This document shows positions 1-14,239 of a stretch of DNA of 64,000 nucleotides, one piece after another. The notes beneath the pieces were generated by a model, which saw only the letters and a program-made list of their open reading frames with translations, searched no databases and had not been told where the DNA came from. The first letter of the stretch is position 1, and each line of letters opens with the position of its first letter. Location of the stretch: the NCBI RefSeq assembly GCF_009914755.1, contig NC_060933.1; one strand, 5' to 3'. The stretch is from the human T2T-CHM13v2.0 reference genome, Homo sapiens. The position numbers and the translations under genes were made by a program.

Positions 1-330
1 CTTCTTTCAAGAAGTTATAGATCTAGGAGTCTCTTTAGGAAATAAAGTCCATTAGTATGGGGCAGGAGACAAATAAAACTGAGACACATTGGGCCCATTC
101 TCTAGAACGAGGGTTTTGGCATGTTCAATGGGTTGTCAAGTAAAGTTTGAGTCCCTAGCAGAGAATCAGCTGTAAATCAGGAATGGAAGAAGAGCCTGTA
201 TTTACAAAGACTGAGAATGCATAGAAAACACTGTGAATACACGTAAGAGACTCATGGCAGATACACATGATTTGTTCTTAGGTCAGTGAGCCTAACTCTG
301 AGTTTTGCTAATTCAGCTGATATTATTTCT

Positions 331-554
331 TTTTCTTTCTTTGCAACCTCCGCCTCCCAGCTTCAAGCGATTCCCCCTGCCTTGGCCTCCCCAGTAGCTG
401 GGATTACAGGTGCCCACCACCATGTCCAGCTAATTTTTTTGTATTTTTAATAGAGATGAGGTTTCATCATGTTAGCCAGGCTGGTCTCGAACAATCCGCC
501 CGCCTTGGCCTCCCAAACTGCTGGGATAATAGGTGTGAGGCACCACGCCCAGCC
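331..554 (-). mobile_element. AluS element with internal deletions
   Basis: Reverse-complement Alu body; TSD agctga(t/c)attatttct at 315-330 and 557-572; about 60 bp next to the tail is missing. Confidence 0.93.
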
Positions 555-956
555 TTAGCTGACATTATTTCTACCACTACCTTAAATGAGGTTTGACTCC
601 TAGTACATTACCTGACTCAGGCTCACCCAATTCCCCAGCTAATCCAGGCCACACTGCAAGTGAAGGTCTCTAATTTTCCAGCTACCTGGGGAAGGGATTG
701 GTGGGTAGTAGTCTTTTAGAAGCAAAGCCTGGCAAAGCCTAAAGATTCGGGAAGATGCCTCACCAGAAAATTTCCAGTTTGGTTCCATGACATGGACTCC
801 AGCATAATCCCATCAAAAGCTTTTGTCTTTTTCTACTGATTCTGCAACAAAGAATTTCAATTAATAACTTCCTTTAAATGACTTCACATTATCTTGTGCT
901 GTGACACTGGACTTTAGAGAACTTGATCTGATTCGCCAAATGGATCATGCTCTTTA

Positions 957-1301
<345 letters not shown>

Positions 1302-1858
1302 TCATTCATATGGGTTCAGCAATCTTTGAACTGCACTCTAGCTCCTTCAGAACTTTCATAATTGATTTATATTTAGTTAATGACAAGGTAAAAAGATTTG
1401 ACTGAGTGAGCTTAGGAATGCTCTAGTATAAGTTCACCACATTGGCCAAGCTTTAATTTAGTTCCTCTCTCTTTATAGACTCTAGCCCCATCTTTTTTGG
1501 GAAAGCAAGTTATGCTGCCAAAAGTCCAACTTTCACAGGTCCTAAAATCTCCTTCTTCGGTGTATTTTTCTCAGGAGTTAATGCTTGTTTCACTGTTTCT
1601 CTAATGATCAATAAGGTATGCCATAACCAACTAAAGATTCAGAAATTATGCATTGACACCAGAGTCCTCAAATCACCTGACATTTTTGATGGGTAAATCT
1701 GAGTTAACTGATTTTCTACCACATCCTTTTGGCAACACCCCCCCCCTTTTTTTTTTTTTTAGGATTGCTTTCTATATTCCCGGTCTGGCTGCCTGCTTTA
1801 TTCTATACTGAGCAGATGGGTCTCTTACCCTTATTCCCGTAGAAGCCAACATTTGGAC

Positions 1859-2203
1859 CAAAGGCAGATTTACCTAGAGGCTAATTGGTCTTAAAAACTT
1901 AAGTGGCTTCTCACCTAAAAGACCCCTGACAGAGGTGGGAGTTGTCAGGTGTTCTATATGGAGAAGGAACACTTGGCTATAATCAGGAAACATTTCCATG
2001 TAATCATGTCCAAAGAGATCTGAAGGGAAAGATCTGAATCTCCAAGGACCCCGTCATTTGTTGTGATTGCTTTCCCTATCTCAGTAAATATTCAAGTTTG
2101 TACCTAATTTTGTATTCTTATTCTTAAAGAAGCCCCCTACCCCTGCAACCCGCCCCCAATAACAGCTTAAGCTTCAGTCCCTACAAAACTGGATCCATCT
2201 CTG
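1859..2203. mobile_element. Old hAT (Tip100-like) non-autonomous DNA transposon remnant
   Basis: Weak terminal inverted repeats (caaaggcagatt ... ggatccatctctg) and a gcttaagcttcag motif. Confidence 0.35.
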
Positions 2204-3430
2204 CCTTTGGCATTGCCTGTTATTTTTGCAGCCTGCAGTGTTCCTGCCTTGTTAACTCACCAGGAGGTGGCAGGAGGATGCCTTTCTTCATGTTACTCAG
2301 TTCACACCTGGGGATACATTAGCTGTGCAAGAACTTGCTCTGGTTGTCCACACTTGACCTCCAATCAGTTTTGTTTGGGACATGCTGCTGCATCTCCTGC
2401 TCCTTAATTGGCTCAGTTGTGACTTACATTATCTTGTTGCTCACTTTCCTTTTTTTTTCAGTTTCTTGTCTCAGCTTCCGGGACTGTTTAGGTTTTATCT
2501 CTTCCCTATAGAACACTCTTTGATGAGAAATGTTACAAGGGAACCCTGGTGACTCTCTTAATCTGTGAAACAATTAATTGGAATTCTGTGGAGCATTCCC
2601 TATAGAAACACCTTTCTATGTAAGAAGCTAGTTAGTTCTCCTGCCTCAACAATGTTCATATCTTTGGAATACAATCTACTTAAATATGCAGAGGCAGTCC
2701 CCCTTCTGTGCTCTAGTTCATTCTGAAAACTGAATCCTCTTACTGAATATTCTATAAAAAGACAAAAGCTGTCAAATTAGGTTAAAAAAACAAAATCGAG
2801 CAATGTGCTGTTACAAGAAACTTGCTTCAGACCAAGTGATAAAGAACGGTTGAAAATAAAGGGAAAAGCCAAGAGATACCAGGCAAATGCAAAATTAAGA
2901 AAGGCAAAAATGTCAATATTTCATCAGAAAATCTTAGATATAAGCTCAAAAGTAAAAAGCAGTGTAAAGAGGGACTTTTACAATCATAATAGGCACAATT
3001 CATGTTGATATAGCAATTATAACACAATATACATCCTAAATATTTGGAAAGAAATTATATTGAAAATGTAAGGAGAGGTGAGAAAAAGCAAACTATAGTA
3101 TATAGTTAATAAAATTATTTCAAGATTAAAGGTCAAAATCAGGCAAGGAAGGTGAGAAAGTGAATAACAGTAGATAAATTATAATATGCAAATGTATACA
3201 CGAATATATGCATGTATGTATATATATAATCTCTGCACACACACGTACATATATATATAATCAATCTTATGTCCATTTATGAAAAAATCATACATTTGCT
3301 TGAAAGCTGTACATTTAAAAAGTAGAGATTACATAGATCATATACTCTAATATCAAATAAAAAAAGCAACAATATAAATATGTGACCAAAAAGATTAACA
3401 TCCTTCAATATTTATAGATTAGAGGCAGTC

Positions 3431-3563
3431 ACTATATATATATAAAATACTATATATATATAACTATATATTTAAAATACTATATATATAACTATATATA
3501 TAAAATACTATATATATAACTATATATAAAAATTACTATATATATATAACTATATATATATAA
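3431..3563. repeat. Compound AT-rich minisatellite, ac(ta)n-aaaat / ac(ta)n units
   Basis: Directly visible tandem units of about 28-30 bp. Confidence 0.9.
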
Positions 3564-3819
3564 GCTACACTAAAAGGAAATGTGTAGCTTTAAATACTAA
3601 AGAATAAAGACAAAAATATAGAGAAATGCATACCTTATTTTAAGAAGTTAATAAAAAGAACAATAAAATAAACCAAAAGAAACCTAGAAGAAAGAATAGA
3701 TTATGGTAAACATGAAGTAAATGGAAAGGAAAACAACATAGTAGAAATAACAAACTATGAAAGTCTGAAAAGACCAGTAAAACAGAAAAGTTACCTTGAG
3801 ACTGATTAAGAAGAGAGGT

Positions 3820-4109
<290 letters not shown>

Positions 4110-5733
4110 TTAGGATTGAGAAAAGAAACAAAACTATCGATGTAAAAAATAGTTAATAATAAGAAACATCGCATGCAATATTATGAAAACAAATTTGAAA
4201 ATGTAGGAAAATTTAGTAAAATTGACCTACGAAGAAATGGAAAAAATATTAATAGATATGTCAAAAATTATGAGATATGAGATTTTTTAGATCTACCCTT
4301 TAAAAAGCACTAATACTGAATAAGCTCACAAAACAGATAATACAGAACAGATAATTTCACAATATTTAAATTATTCCTGGCCAGAGAGACTAAAAGATCC
4401 TTACTTTATTCATGAAGCCAGCATAATTCTGATGCCAGAACCTTGTAAACCAACCAATAAAAAAGTAAAACATAGCTACTTTTAAAGAAAGACACAAAAT
4501 TGCCTAATAAAATATTAGAAAGTGAACCTAGTAATAATCCAAAATAAAAATATGTAGGGCTTATGTAAGTTTCTTCATTATCATAATATGAATCAAGTAA
4601 ATATATTAACAAAAATCTTATAATTTATAATTGTATCTATACATGGCTGAATATCATTTTATAAAATTTAGCAGGCATTCCCAATAAAAACTCTAAGTAA
4701 AATGGTTCGTTCTCTAAGAGAGTTATTTAAACACAATATAGATCATTTTTACCACAAATGTGGTAAGCTACAAAATTATATTTAACAAATTTGGAGCTAG
4801 TCAAAGGTACATTCCAGAATTTCATTGCATTCTTTCCTTAGTAGTTTTGGTTTACTACGAAGTTTTACATAGCAGGAATAAGAGACCACAAATGTGCCTT
4901 TTTCTCATCTCTGTTAAAGATTTTATTTTCTCACTAAAATTCTGAAATTGGTACTTTTACGTAGATTAAACTTCTTTCTCTTTGAGCTTTGAAGTGTGAT
5001 GTGAAAAATCACTGAAATTCAATTATTCATAGTTTTGTTGTTGTTGTTTGTTTATTTTGAGGAAAGAGGTGGGAGAATATCATGGACTGTCCTTTTTTCC
5101 CACTAGCTATTTTTAGCAATTGCTTTACCCATTTCTGTTGGGCCTTCAGAGACCAACTGATTTAGAGGTGGAATTTCCTATCATTCAATTCTGTAATTAT
5201 TATCTCAGACCAACACTGTGGCCCTGTGGGCAATTCAGTAAATAAATGAAAAGGGCCTAATAGTTGGGTGACACTGTGCCATGCTTAACACAGTCTTACA
5301 GAAATAAGTCTGGTACAGGCAACATTTCATGAGGAATCTGCTTACTTCTCTGGCCAAAAATTTTTGCCCACATAGTTAAGTGTGATCCTTCGAATTCATT
5401 TTTCTTTGACAAAATTCCATGGAAGAATTTTTAGGATATCACACTTTATGGAGAATGTGAATCACCACATAATTATGATGTACTTAATAAGCATAATTAA
5501 AAACAACTTGCAAAAGACATATTAATTCTCACATGAAACATAAATTATTTGTCTTTAAGTTGGCAGTGAGGAGTTGGAGTTAGGTGTCGCTTTGAGAATG
5601 CTGGTCTTCAGCTTTGACCTGAATTCTCTGCTTGTGTTTCCTTAATTCTGCTGATCCTCTCTGGGGCCCCTCATTGTTACTGCTGCACACCAGTCTGTGC
5701 CAGAAGGTCAATTTTGTGTCAGGTCCCTTATAA

Positions 5734-6498
<765 letters not shown>

Positions 6499-6553
6499 CC
6501 TTATGATATTTAAAAATTTTTCAGTCTTGACAATCTGTAATTAATTGATAATA

Positions 6554-6858
6554 TTTCTTTTCTTTTTTCTTTCTTTCTTTCTTTTTTGAGACAGTCTCAC
6601 TCTGTCATCCAGGCTGGAGTACAGTAGTGTCATCACACCTCACTGCAGCCTCCACCTCCCGGGTTTAAGAGATTCTCATGCCTCAGCCACCTGAGTAGTT
6701 GGGAATACTGGCGTGTGCCACCCATCCCTGGCTAATTTTTGTATCTTTGGTAGAGACGGGGTTTCACCATGTTGGATAGGCTGGTCTCAAACTCCTGGTC
6801 TCAAGTGATCCTCCAGCTTCAGATTCCCAAAGTACAGGCCTGAACCACTGTGCCTGCC
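6554..6858 (-). mobile_element. AluJ
   Basis: T/TTTC tail followed by diverged reverse-complement Alu (ctcactgcagcctcc, ctcaagtgatcctcc). Confidence 0.92.
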
Positions 6859-7869
6859 GAGATCTTACAGATACTATCTCTAAGGACTATCTCCTCACCA
6901 CCAAGTAGGTGCTGTAAATGCCACTTTCTAATTAGTATTTACTCCAATAATTCTTCATTGTTACCTGTTTCATTTGGACTCTGGCTAGCTGTAGCGCCTC
7001 TGTTTTCTACTTTCTTCATTCTGCTTCTCTATGTGTGCTGAGATGATTGTACATTGCCTGGTTGCATGCAGAAATTAATTGAAAATAAATTTCTCTTGAA
7101 GCAGAAACATGGACATCATATATGATTTTGCTGGGAAAAAAAATTCTGACCTAGCTTCTGAGGATATAGCCTGTTAAACAGCTAGGTGCTCAGACCCTTG
7201 TGATCCTTCTGGCCATTTCTCAGGTTACAAAGCTGTCTCTGGTGTTCTACTTTTGGTGAGGCCTAATGGCAAGGAACACTGCATGCTGTCACTAAAGATA
7301 AACACATAAGTGTAGTTAGGATTGCCTCTTTCAGCACCTTTTGACCTGGAAGATGGAGTAGAGGGGATATCTCTATCAGTGGCTATCCCTCTGTAACCTT
7401 GCCCATGTGATAGATTTGGGGGCACACAAAAGAAAGCAAAGGATGGAAGAAATTTGTCATGGCATCTCATGGGTTCCCTAAAGTACACCTCATTCTTCTC
7501 TAGGAGAGGAGAGGCTGCAATTTCTGTCACAGGACAGCACTCTAACAAAATATTCCCAATAGGAAGCATAGTTTTATGAAACCAACCATACGATATGCCC
7601 AGTTGGCTCGCTCTGTGCTATATCTCAAACAAGCACAAAATCAGAATGTAAACCAACAGCTACATCACCATGGAAAGACTGTTTACAGTAGTAATTATAA
7701 AGGCTTCTACAGTTTAAATCAATAATCTGGTAACTATCTGGAGTGTAGTCCATAAAAGCTGACTAAAATCAGATCCTTGAAGATATTTCCAGTACATCCT
7801 CTGGTTACAGTCTTATTAGAGGATTAAATTCACCATAAAAAGAGCCAATGCAAAGTCATAATTCAAGGC

Positions 7870-8460
7870 TGCAGACAAGCAGGGGGAATTACAACTCCTT
7901 ACCAGCTCACTGTCCATGGGATTTAATCCTCCAGAGATACATGTTGGTACTTGCATTAGGGGAGTTGAGAGGCCCCTGACAAGCCACCTAACACTCATAC
8001 CATGGTATTGGACGCTGCCATTGTGCCCTAACCTGGGCCACTGTGGGATATTCTCATCCCTAACCTTCCCCACATCCATACCCAGACCTCCACAGTGGGT
8101 GAAGGCTGTTGGCGGAATGTGAGCCTCTTCTCACTAATGTGACCTGGAACAGCTACTGATGGAGGCTGGCAACAATCTGGGACAGAAATAAAAAAGGGAG
8201 GACGAGTAGACCCTGGGGCACCAGGGATGGGTGGCAGGTGGCCGATAATCACACATGGAAAGAACATGTGTGAGCTGACACTCCAAGCCCTGCCTTTTGC
8301 ACGTTTCATTGTCCCATTGGACTTTAATTACAAAACACAGATTCAAAGATGAAATTATTATAAATTTCAAGACGGCAACCACAGAGCATTAGACCCTAAG
8401 CATGAGGTCCTTCTTAGCATGAAGCCCTGTGTAACTGCACAGGTGGAACATCCTGACTGT
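7870..8460 (-). mobile_element. MER45-family (hAT-Tip100) fragment; left boundary uncertain
   Basis: ccttcttagcatgaagccctgtgtaactgcacagg and caaaacacagattcaaagatgaaattatt match the reverse complement of the MER45 5' end. Confidence 0.55.
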
Positions 8461-8489
8461 AAAACACAGAAGGTTCTCATGATATGGGA

Positions 8490-8620
8490 GGCATTGCTGT
8501 GTAGATAAAACAGCCTTGCACTGGAATTAGGAGGCTTTTGGTCTACTATTGACTTGACGACTGACCATGATGTCACTATACCTCTTTGAACTTCAGTTTC
8601 CTCATCTATAAAATGAAAAA
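8490..8620 (+). mobile_element. MIR/MIR3 fragment
   Basis: MIR core cctctttgaacttcagtttcctcatctataaaatg. Confidence 0.75.
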
Positions 8621-8699
8621 ATTTTCAAGTTCTTTTGCACTAAGTTTGAATCTCTAGGAGTGGGGTTTCAGAATCTGTGAAAACCTACTTAGGTCTCTA

Positions 8700-8870
8700 G
8701 GTTTTTGCTACCCAAAGTATGATGCATAAACAAGCAGTGTGAATATCACGTGGGAGTGTCTTAAAAATGCAGAATCCCAGGCCCCACACCCAGACCTACT
8801 GAGTCAGCATCTTCATTTTAACAAGATTGCCTGGTGATTTGAATGCACACGAAAGCTTGAGAATCACTGC
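8700..8870. mobile_element. MER5A-type MITE
   Basis: aaatgcagaatcccaggccccacacccagacctactgagtcagcatct...ttttaacaagat...aaagcttgagaatcactg. Confidence 0.85.
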
Positions 8871-10644
8871 CGTAGATGACTTTGATGATCTGTGAAACCA
8901 TCAATATAGAATATTTCTATAAACGTTTTAATCTTGTGCAATAGCTAAACACCAATGGCAGTTAATGGTTAATGCCTACATTGGATTATTAGGTAAATTC
9001 GTCAAGGAGGGTCTTTGCTTTAAGTTATGTTTTGAGCCCTAAATGTGTATTTGTTTAAATTGTTTCATTCTCTTTTCATTACAGTCCTTAGTGACTCCTT
9101 GCTCATAAAAATTGATTTAATTTTTCACTGTTATTAGGAAAAAGAGGAAGGGATCTTACATCAATATTTTCACCAACTGTTCATGGCAATTTAAACATCG
9201 GTCTTCCCTTAAACTTCAATAGGTGCATTTATTAAAACAATGATTACTATAATGACCTATGACAATTTTTTTCCAGCTACAGACTTTAGTTTCTCTTCAG
9301 TCTTTAGCTTTGATACCTATATTATGTTCCTAAAAGCAAAGTGATTGCATTAGATAAAATTTATTCTGAAGTTTTAGCCAATATCACCTTAGGTAAATAT
9401 GGTAATTTCTCAAAACTAGTGATGAGTTTCAGACCTATTTTCCGCATTATGAATTTTTTACTCAGAACCAGTTCAGACTGCCAATGAAGACTGACTATAG
9501 AAACCTCTGTTCTCTATATGTTCTTCCTGGCAGAGCCTACGTTATGTATGTTTTCAGCACAAAAGATATCAGGAAGCCATTTAAGTTTTTCCCTTCATCC
9601 AATTTATGTCCCTTTAAAGAAAAAAAAACATATTTTGTAAGTAACATTGGTAAAAGGCATGAGATGATGTGTTTTCAGGCAGTGAGGTCTTGGAGTCTTA
9701 ATTCTTAATTCTTCGATTTTTGACACTGATTGGAGCCTGAGATATTTCTCAAGATGGATGTAAGAGGAAGGACATGGAACAATTTGCTAAGTAGCATCAC
9801 TCTGCATGAATTATTGGCTGATTCCAGGGAGTATGTTGGCAGGCTGGCTTACAATGGAATGGGCTTTGTTCTTTTTCCTTGGCTCATTTCTAAGTATCTG
9901 CTGGGGGCATTTTTAGATCTGCCATGTAGCAAACACAGCTCAGAATTCTTCAAAAATTTTAGAGTAAATTTCGCGGGTTGAACTGACACTTTTTTTTTTT
10001 AACTGCTCTCTCTCTCTCTCTCTCTTTACCTCAAATGTAGCTTGCCATGTGTTGACCCAAAGTAGGGGAAGGGTTAGAGAGAGGGTCAAAAAGTCCGTCA
10101 ACTACCACCTTCCATGTGAACCAAGAGGACATTGATGTGAGTAGGTAATTATCAATTATTGCACAAGTATGGCAGCTGTTCCTCTCCAGGGACTCTGCCC
10201 CTCCCTGAGCCTTCTCTGGCTGTGCCCACTCTTCATGGAATGAGGAACCCACAAGACCAAGTGGACATGGTCCATACAGAGTCCAAATCCCAGGTCCTCT
10301 TCTAGATCAGACTTTGGATACCTAGGAACCTAAAATTCCCACCCAGACTATCCCAAGCCCACCTCCAGAGTCTGTGTTTACCTGTGTTTTAAGGTAGACT
10401 GTGATGTTGGTGTGTGTATCTCTAGGCAAGAGGGAGGCCAGGGGGCACTGGGGAGAGGTTGGATGGAGTATGTCTTTGTGGACTGCAGTGTCTACCCAGT
10501 TATGTGTAAGATTCCTCAGGGTGCAAGACAGAGGCAGGGGTGAGAAGAGAATCTATGTATGTGCCCTAAGATGCACAAATGTTAAAACGAGACTGATGAT
10601 GAGACATGTCAGCAAGCAGGCACGTAGTCTCATAAGCCAGGCTT

Positions 10645-10825
10645 AAGTAGTGGCTTGTAGCAGAGGGAAAATGGAAGCATGAAACTGGTGTTTGAATCTC
10701 AGCTCTGCAACTTATTAGCTGAATGAAGTCTTTCCTGTTCTTTAATCTCTCTGAATCTAGTTTACTCATTTCTAAAATGAGAATAATACTTACCACAACA
10801 GTTTTAAGTAAGGATTAAATCAATA
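10645..10825 (+). mobile_element. MIR
   Basis: tttgaatctcagctctgcaacttattagctg...ttaatctctctgaatctagtttactcatttctaaaatg. Confidence 0.8.
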
Positions 10826-10873
10826 AGAGATTTTTATATACATATATACAGGATATTATGTGATGGAATCCAT

Positions 10874-10874
<1 letters not shown>

Positions 10875-10906
<32 letters not shown>
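10875..10906. repeat. (TATC)8 microsatellite
   Basis: Eight perfect units. Confidence 0.95.
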
Positions 10907-11466
10907 AAGATAGGGAGAAAGAGAGAGAGAGAAGAGATCCTTAAGAATAAGCTGTAGGTAATATTAGGCATATTTTTTGAGTCAGCAGCTAATCTTTTCC
11001 TTTAAGAATTTTCTTGTGGAGTTTATCTACCCAGAGGCACAAAGATTTTCCTGACTAAATACATATTAATTATTTGTTAAATTTCAGCTTTAGAACATTA
11101 AGTAATCCTCCCATTTTAGTAACCCACGAAAATCTATCTTTCCTCTCTCAATCATGAGAATGTTCTGCTATAAATTTTCCATCCCGGTTTACCTGCTTAT
11201 CACTGCTTCATTTACAGAGATATTCCAAATAAAATTTACACAGATTGTCACACTCTTAACTTCAATCATAACATTTTTTCTTCAGTACAAATAGAAAATC
11301 ATAGATTGCTCATAAATATATTGAACCATCAACTTAACAATTATACTAGACACTTTCCATCACATGGTAGAGCATGACTTTTAATTATTCACATTATTTA
11401 CCTGCGTTCACCCTGCTCTCTTTATTACACAAAGTACCTATATTTTCAGAAGCTTGATTTGAAATA

Positions 11467-12209
11467 CAGCACATCTTTGAATAACATTGTTTCTTTCAAC
11501 ATTGTTTTGTTATAATGTTGATGAAGAAAATCAGTTTTCTGCTTGGGCCACAGTCTGTGTGGAGTTTGCACATTCACCTCATGTCTGCCTGGGTTTTCTC
11601 TGGGTACTCAAGATTCAAGGTTTTTCCACATCCCAAAGATGTGCATGTGGGGTTAATCATCGTGTCTAAGTTGTCCTCATATGAGTGAGTATGGATATGT
11701 GAGTAAGCGTGCCCTGCAATGGAATGGTATCCTGTACAGGGTTTGTTCCTGCCTTGTACCTGAGCTGCAGGCATAGACTCTGGACACTTCCCTGAACTGA
11801 AATAATTGGGTAAATAATTATCTTACTTATTTGTATCAATATTTCTTAAATGTATACATCACTCATGTTTATATCAACATTTAATATTAAAGTGATTTGA
11901 TCATTACGCATTGTATGCTTGCATCAAAATATCACATGACCCCCATAAATATGTATAATTATGATGTATTCATAAGAAATAATTGTTTTAAAAAAATTAA
12001 ATGGTGCTAATTTAAAGTGGAAATAAAAAAAGAAGTGTTTTGGTCTTTACTTAGAAGTTTGATGATGCTTTCATGACCAGAAATATGCTGTAGGAACTTA
12101 ACCTTTGTTTATATCAATTAGCCTATGGTAAATTTGGTCTGCTTCTATGTAGTTTTGCTTAAAGTTAGTTTCCAAGAACCTATCAACAATGTTAAGTGAT
12201 GACATACTG
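11467..12209 (+). mobile_element. MER6A (TcMar-Tigger derived)
   Basis: ta|cagcacatctttgaataac start; ctgtgtggagtttgcacatt...acatcccaaagatgtgca core; gttaagtgatgacatactg end. Confidence 0.88.
11896..12031 (+). mobile_element. Short L1MA 3'-end insertion inside MER6A
   Basis: tttgatcattacgcattgtatgc...atcaaaatatcacatg.ccccataaatatgta plus A-rich tail; aagtg duplicated on both sides. Confidence 0.75.
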
Positions 12210-12377
12210 CGCTGCGTATAGCCCACCTATTTCTATTGCACACACTTAAAAAACTGAACAAATTCTATTCCCCCTTCCTCCTCAGTTACCCATTTGAATC
12301 ATTGGTCTTAAGATGCATGCATTCCTCCATCCCTCCATTATTTCATAGACTTCATTCTGTTCACCCTTTGGATTAGC

Positions 12378-12500
12378 TGTGGTGGATTGTGCTGTGTCAA
12401 CTTAGTAACCCTGAGAACTGCATTTTCGGAGCCTCTCAGTGCATGGTTTGGTCAGAGTTAGCCCAGTGAGGAACCTGTCTGAGATTTAGAAGGTGGGATG
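12378..12500 (+). mobile_element. Old ERVL LTR 5' fragment (LTR33/LTR41/MLT2F-like)
   Basis: tgtggtgg...tgtcaacttag...gaactgcatttt...tgagatttagaaggtgg. Confidence 0.5.
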
Positions 12501-14239
12501 GATATGTTAATTGAATATAAGAAAGATGACTCAATATCTTTCATGACTTATTCTTATTACTACTGATACAGATATTTATACTTTATATACTTTATTGCAA
12601 GTACTTTACAAATATTTTACTACTTATACGGATACTTAACATATGATTATTTTTAAGACTTAACAAAGATATAAATGATACTAGCATAGGGTCTTTACTA
12701 TATAGAATACTCAAAAAAATGGGTTTTCAATTTTTTCTATGGAACCTCGTGGTTTACATAACCATAATCTACTTAATTTTCTAGACAATCCAGTGGACTT
12801 AATAGGGTAGTTAATTATACCTACAATATCTACATTTTATGTAAAAGGAAATCAGAGTTTTTGGTGTATATTATTTTTCTAGTCATATGTTTGACAAGTA
12901 GCACTTCCTGGTTATTGTACAGTCTCTACTAGCCAGGATTATATAGAAAGGGGTAGCATATTAAGGATCCACTTAGGGAAATAGTAGAAAAGATTGGTGT
13001 AGAACATATACTGAAGTCAGTTATAGAATTTCTTCTATAAGAACAAATGGTGATCCAGTGAAAGGCAGATAATAGAGATTTTGGTATAGGTTTATGCCTC
13101 TAAGATGTGGGTTAAAATTATAAAGATTATCTGAATACTTAAACATTATAGTTGAGAAAGTTACCAACTATTTTAATGCTAATTAAAGTGAAATCAAAGA
13201 ACTTCATAGGAAATTAAATTTACTGAATATCAATGTGGTCTTTGCCTGACCTGAGTCCCACTGTTTACATAGATGAAAATGAGGACACTTCCATATTAAA
13301 GTCTGGTTATTAAAACAACCTGTTAAAATAATAAAACTTTCCACATTAATAAATACCATCATTTTATGCTATAAACATACAATTGTCTGTAGAGACCCCT
13401 GATAGCAAATTAATTAAATCTCTTTTCCATTATGGTGTCAGCTAATTTGGGAGCTCATTATTTATTTGGCACTAATTTAGCCTGGCAAATTAATTAGAAA
13501 GGGCATGGGAAAATAAATGATTCAACATGAAAGTCCAAATCAAGACAAGGGGGCAAAATTAAAGAACTTATTTAGAGGAGAACTTATTTAGGGCTTCCTG
13601 AAGACAGACAACACAGTGCAGAGAAGCTGACCAGAAGTTGAATTAGAAAACCAGAATTAGTAATTGTCTTTAAGAAAAACAATTCCTCCTGTACAGGGTT
13701 GTCTATAGAGGACTGCACCCCACAATGTGTCCACGCAGCTCTTCCTGACTTCATTCTTCTCCATAATGCAGTCCTTGGACCCATGGTAAAATTGGTCACT
13801 GGTCAGTAATCTCTACCCCCAGCCATGTTAGGGTATTGGAAATTTGGCTTCTGCAAGGATTTGAAAAGAAATAACCTGTTTGTGCCTGGGGGGACATTAA
13901 TCTTCTGGATACAAAAAAATAAGTGGTTCAGAGTAGCTGGTGGCTACCTAGATTTTCAGGTGATAAATGACAAAAATAGTGCTTCAGGCAAAGACTTTTT
14001 CTGTTTTTGTCTAGGGTTCAGAGAAGTCCAGGAAAATGAACATGAAAAAATTTTCAAGTCATCCCTTTGGTCCATATTCCTGGTAGCAGTATCTGCTGAA
14101 AATATAGTATCTACTGAAATTTGGAAAGTTTTCTTTCTTTAAAATTTGCCAATTCTTATCTTATTTATGGATCTTCATTAGAAAAATAAGTTAAACACTA
14201 CTAATGTGCACTGTGATCATCTGGAAGTCTATTAATTAG

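Noticed and set aside
7225-7569. 114-aa minus-strand ATG ORF in unique DNA
   Set aside because: No recognisable domain, exon context or promoter; length within chance range
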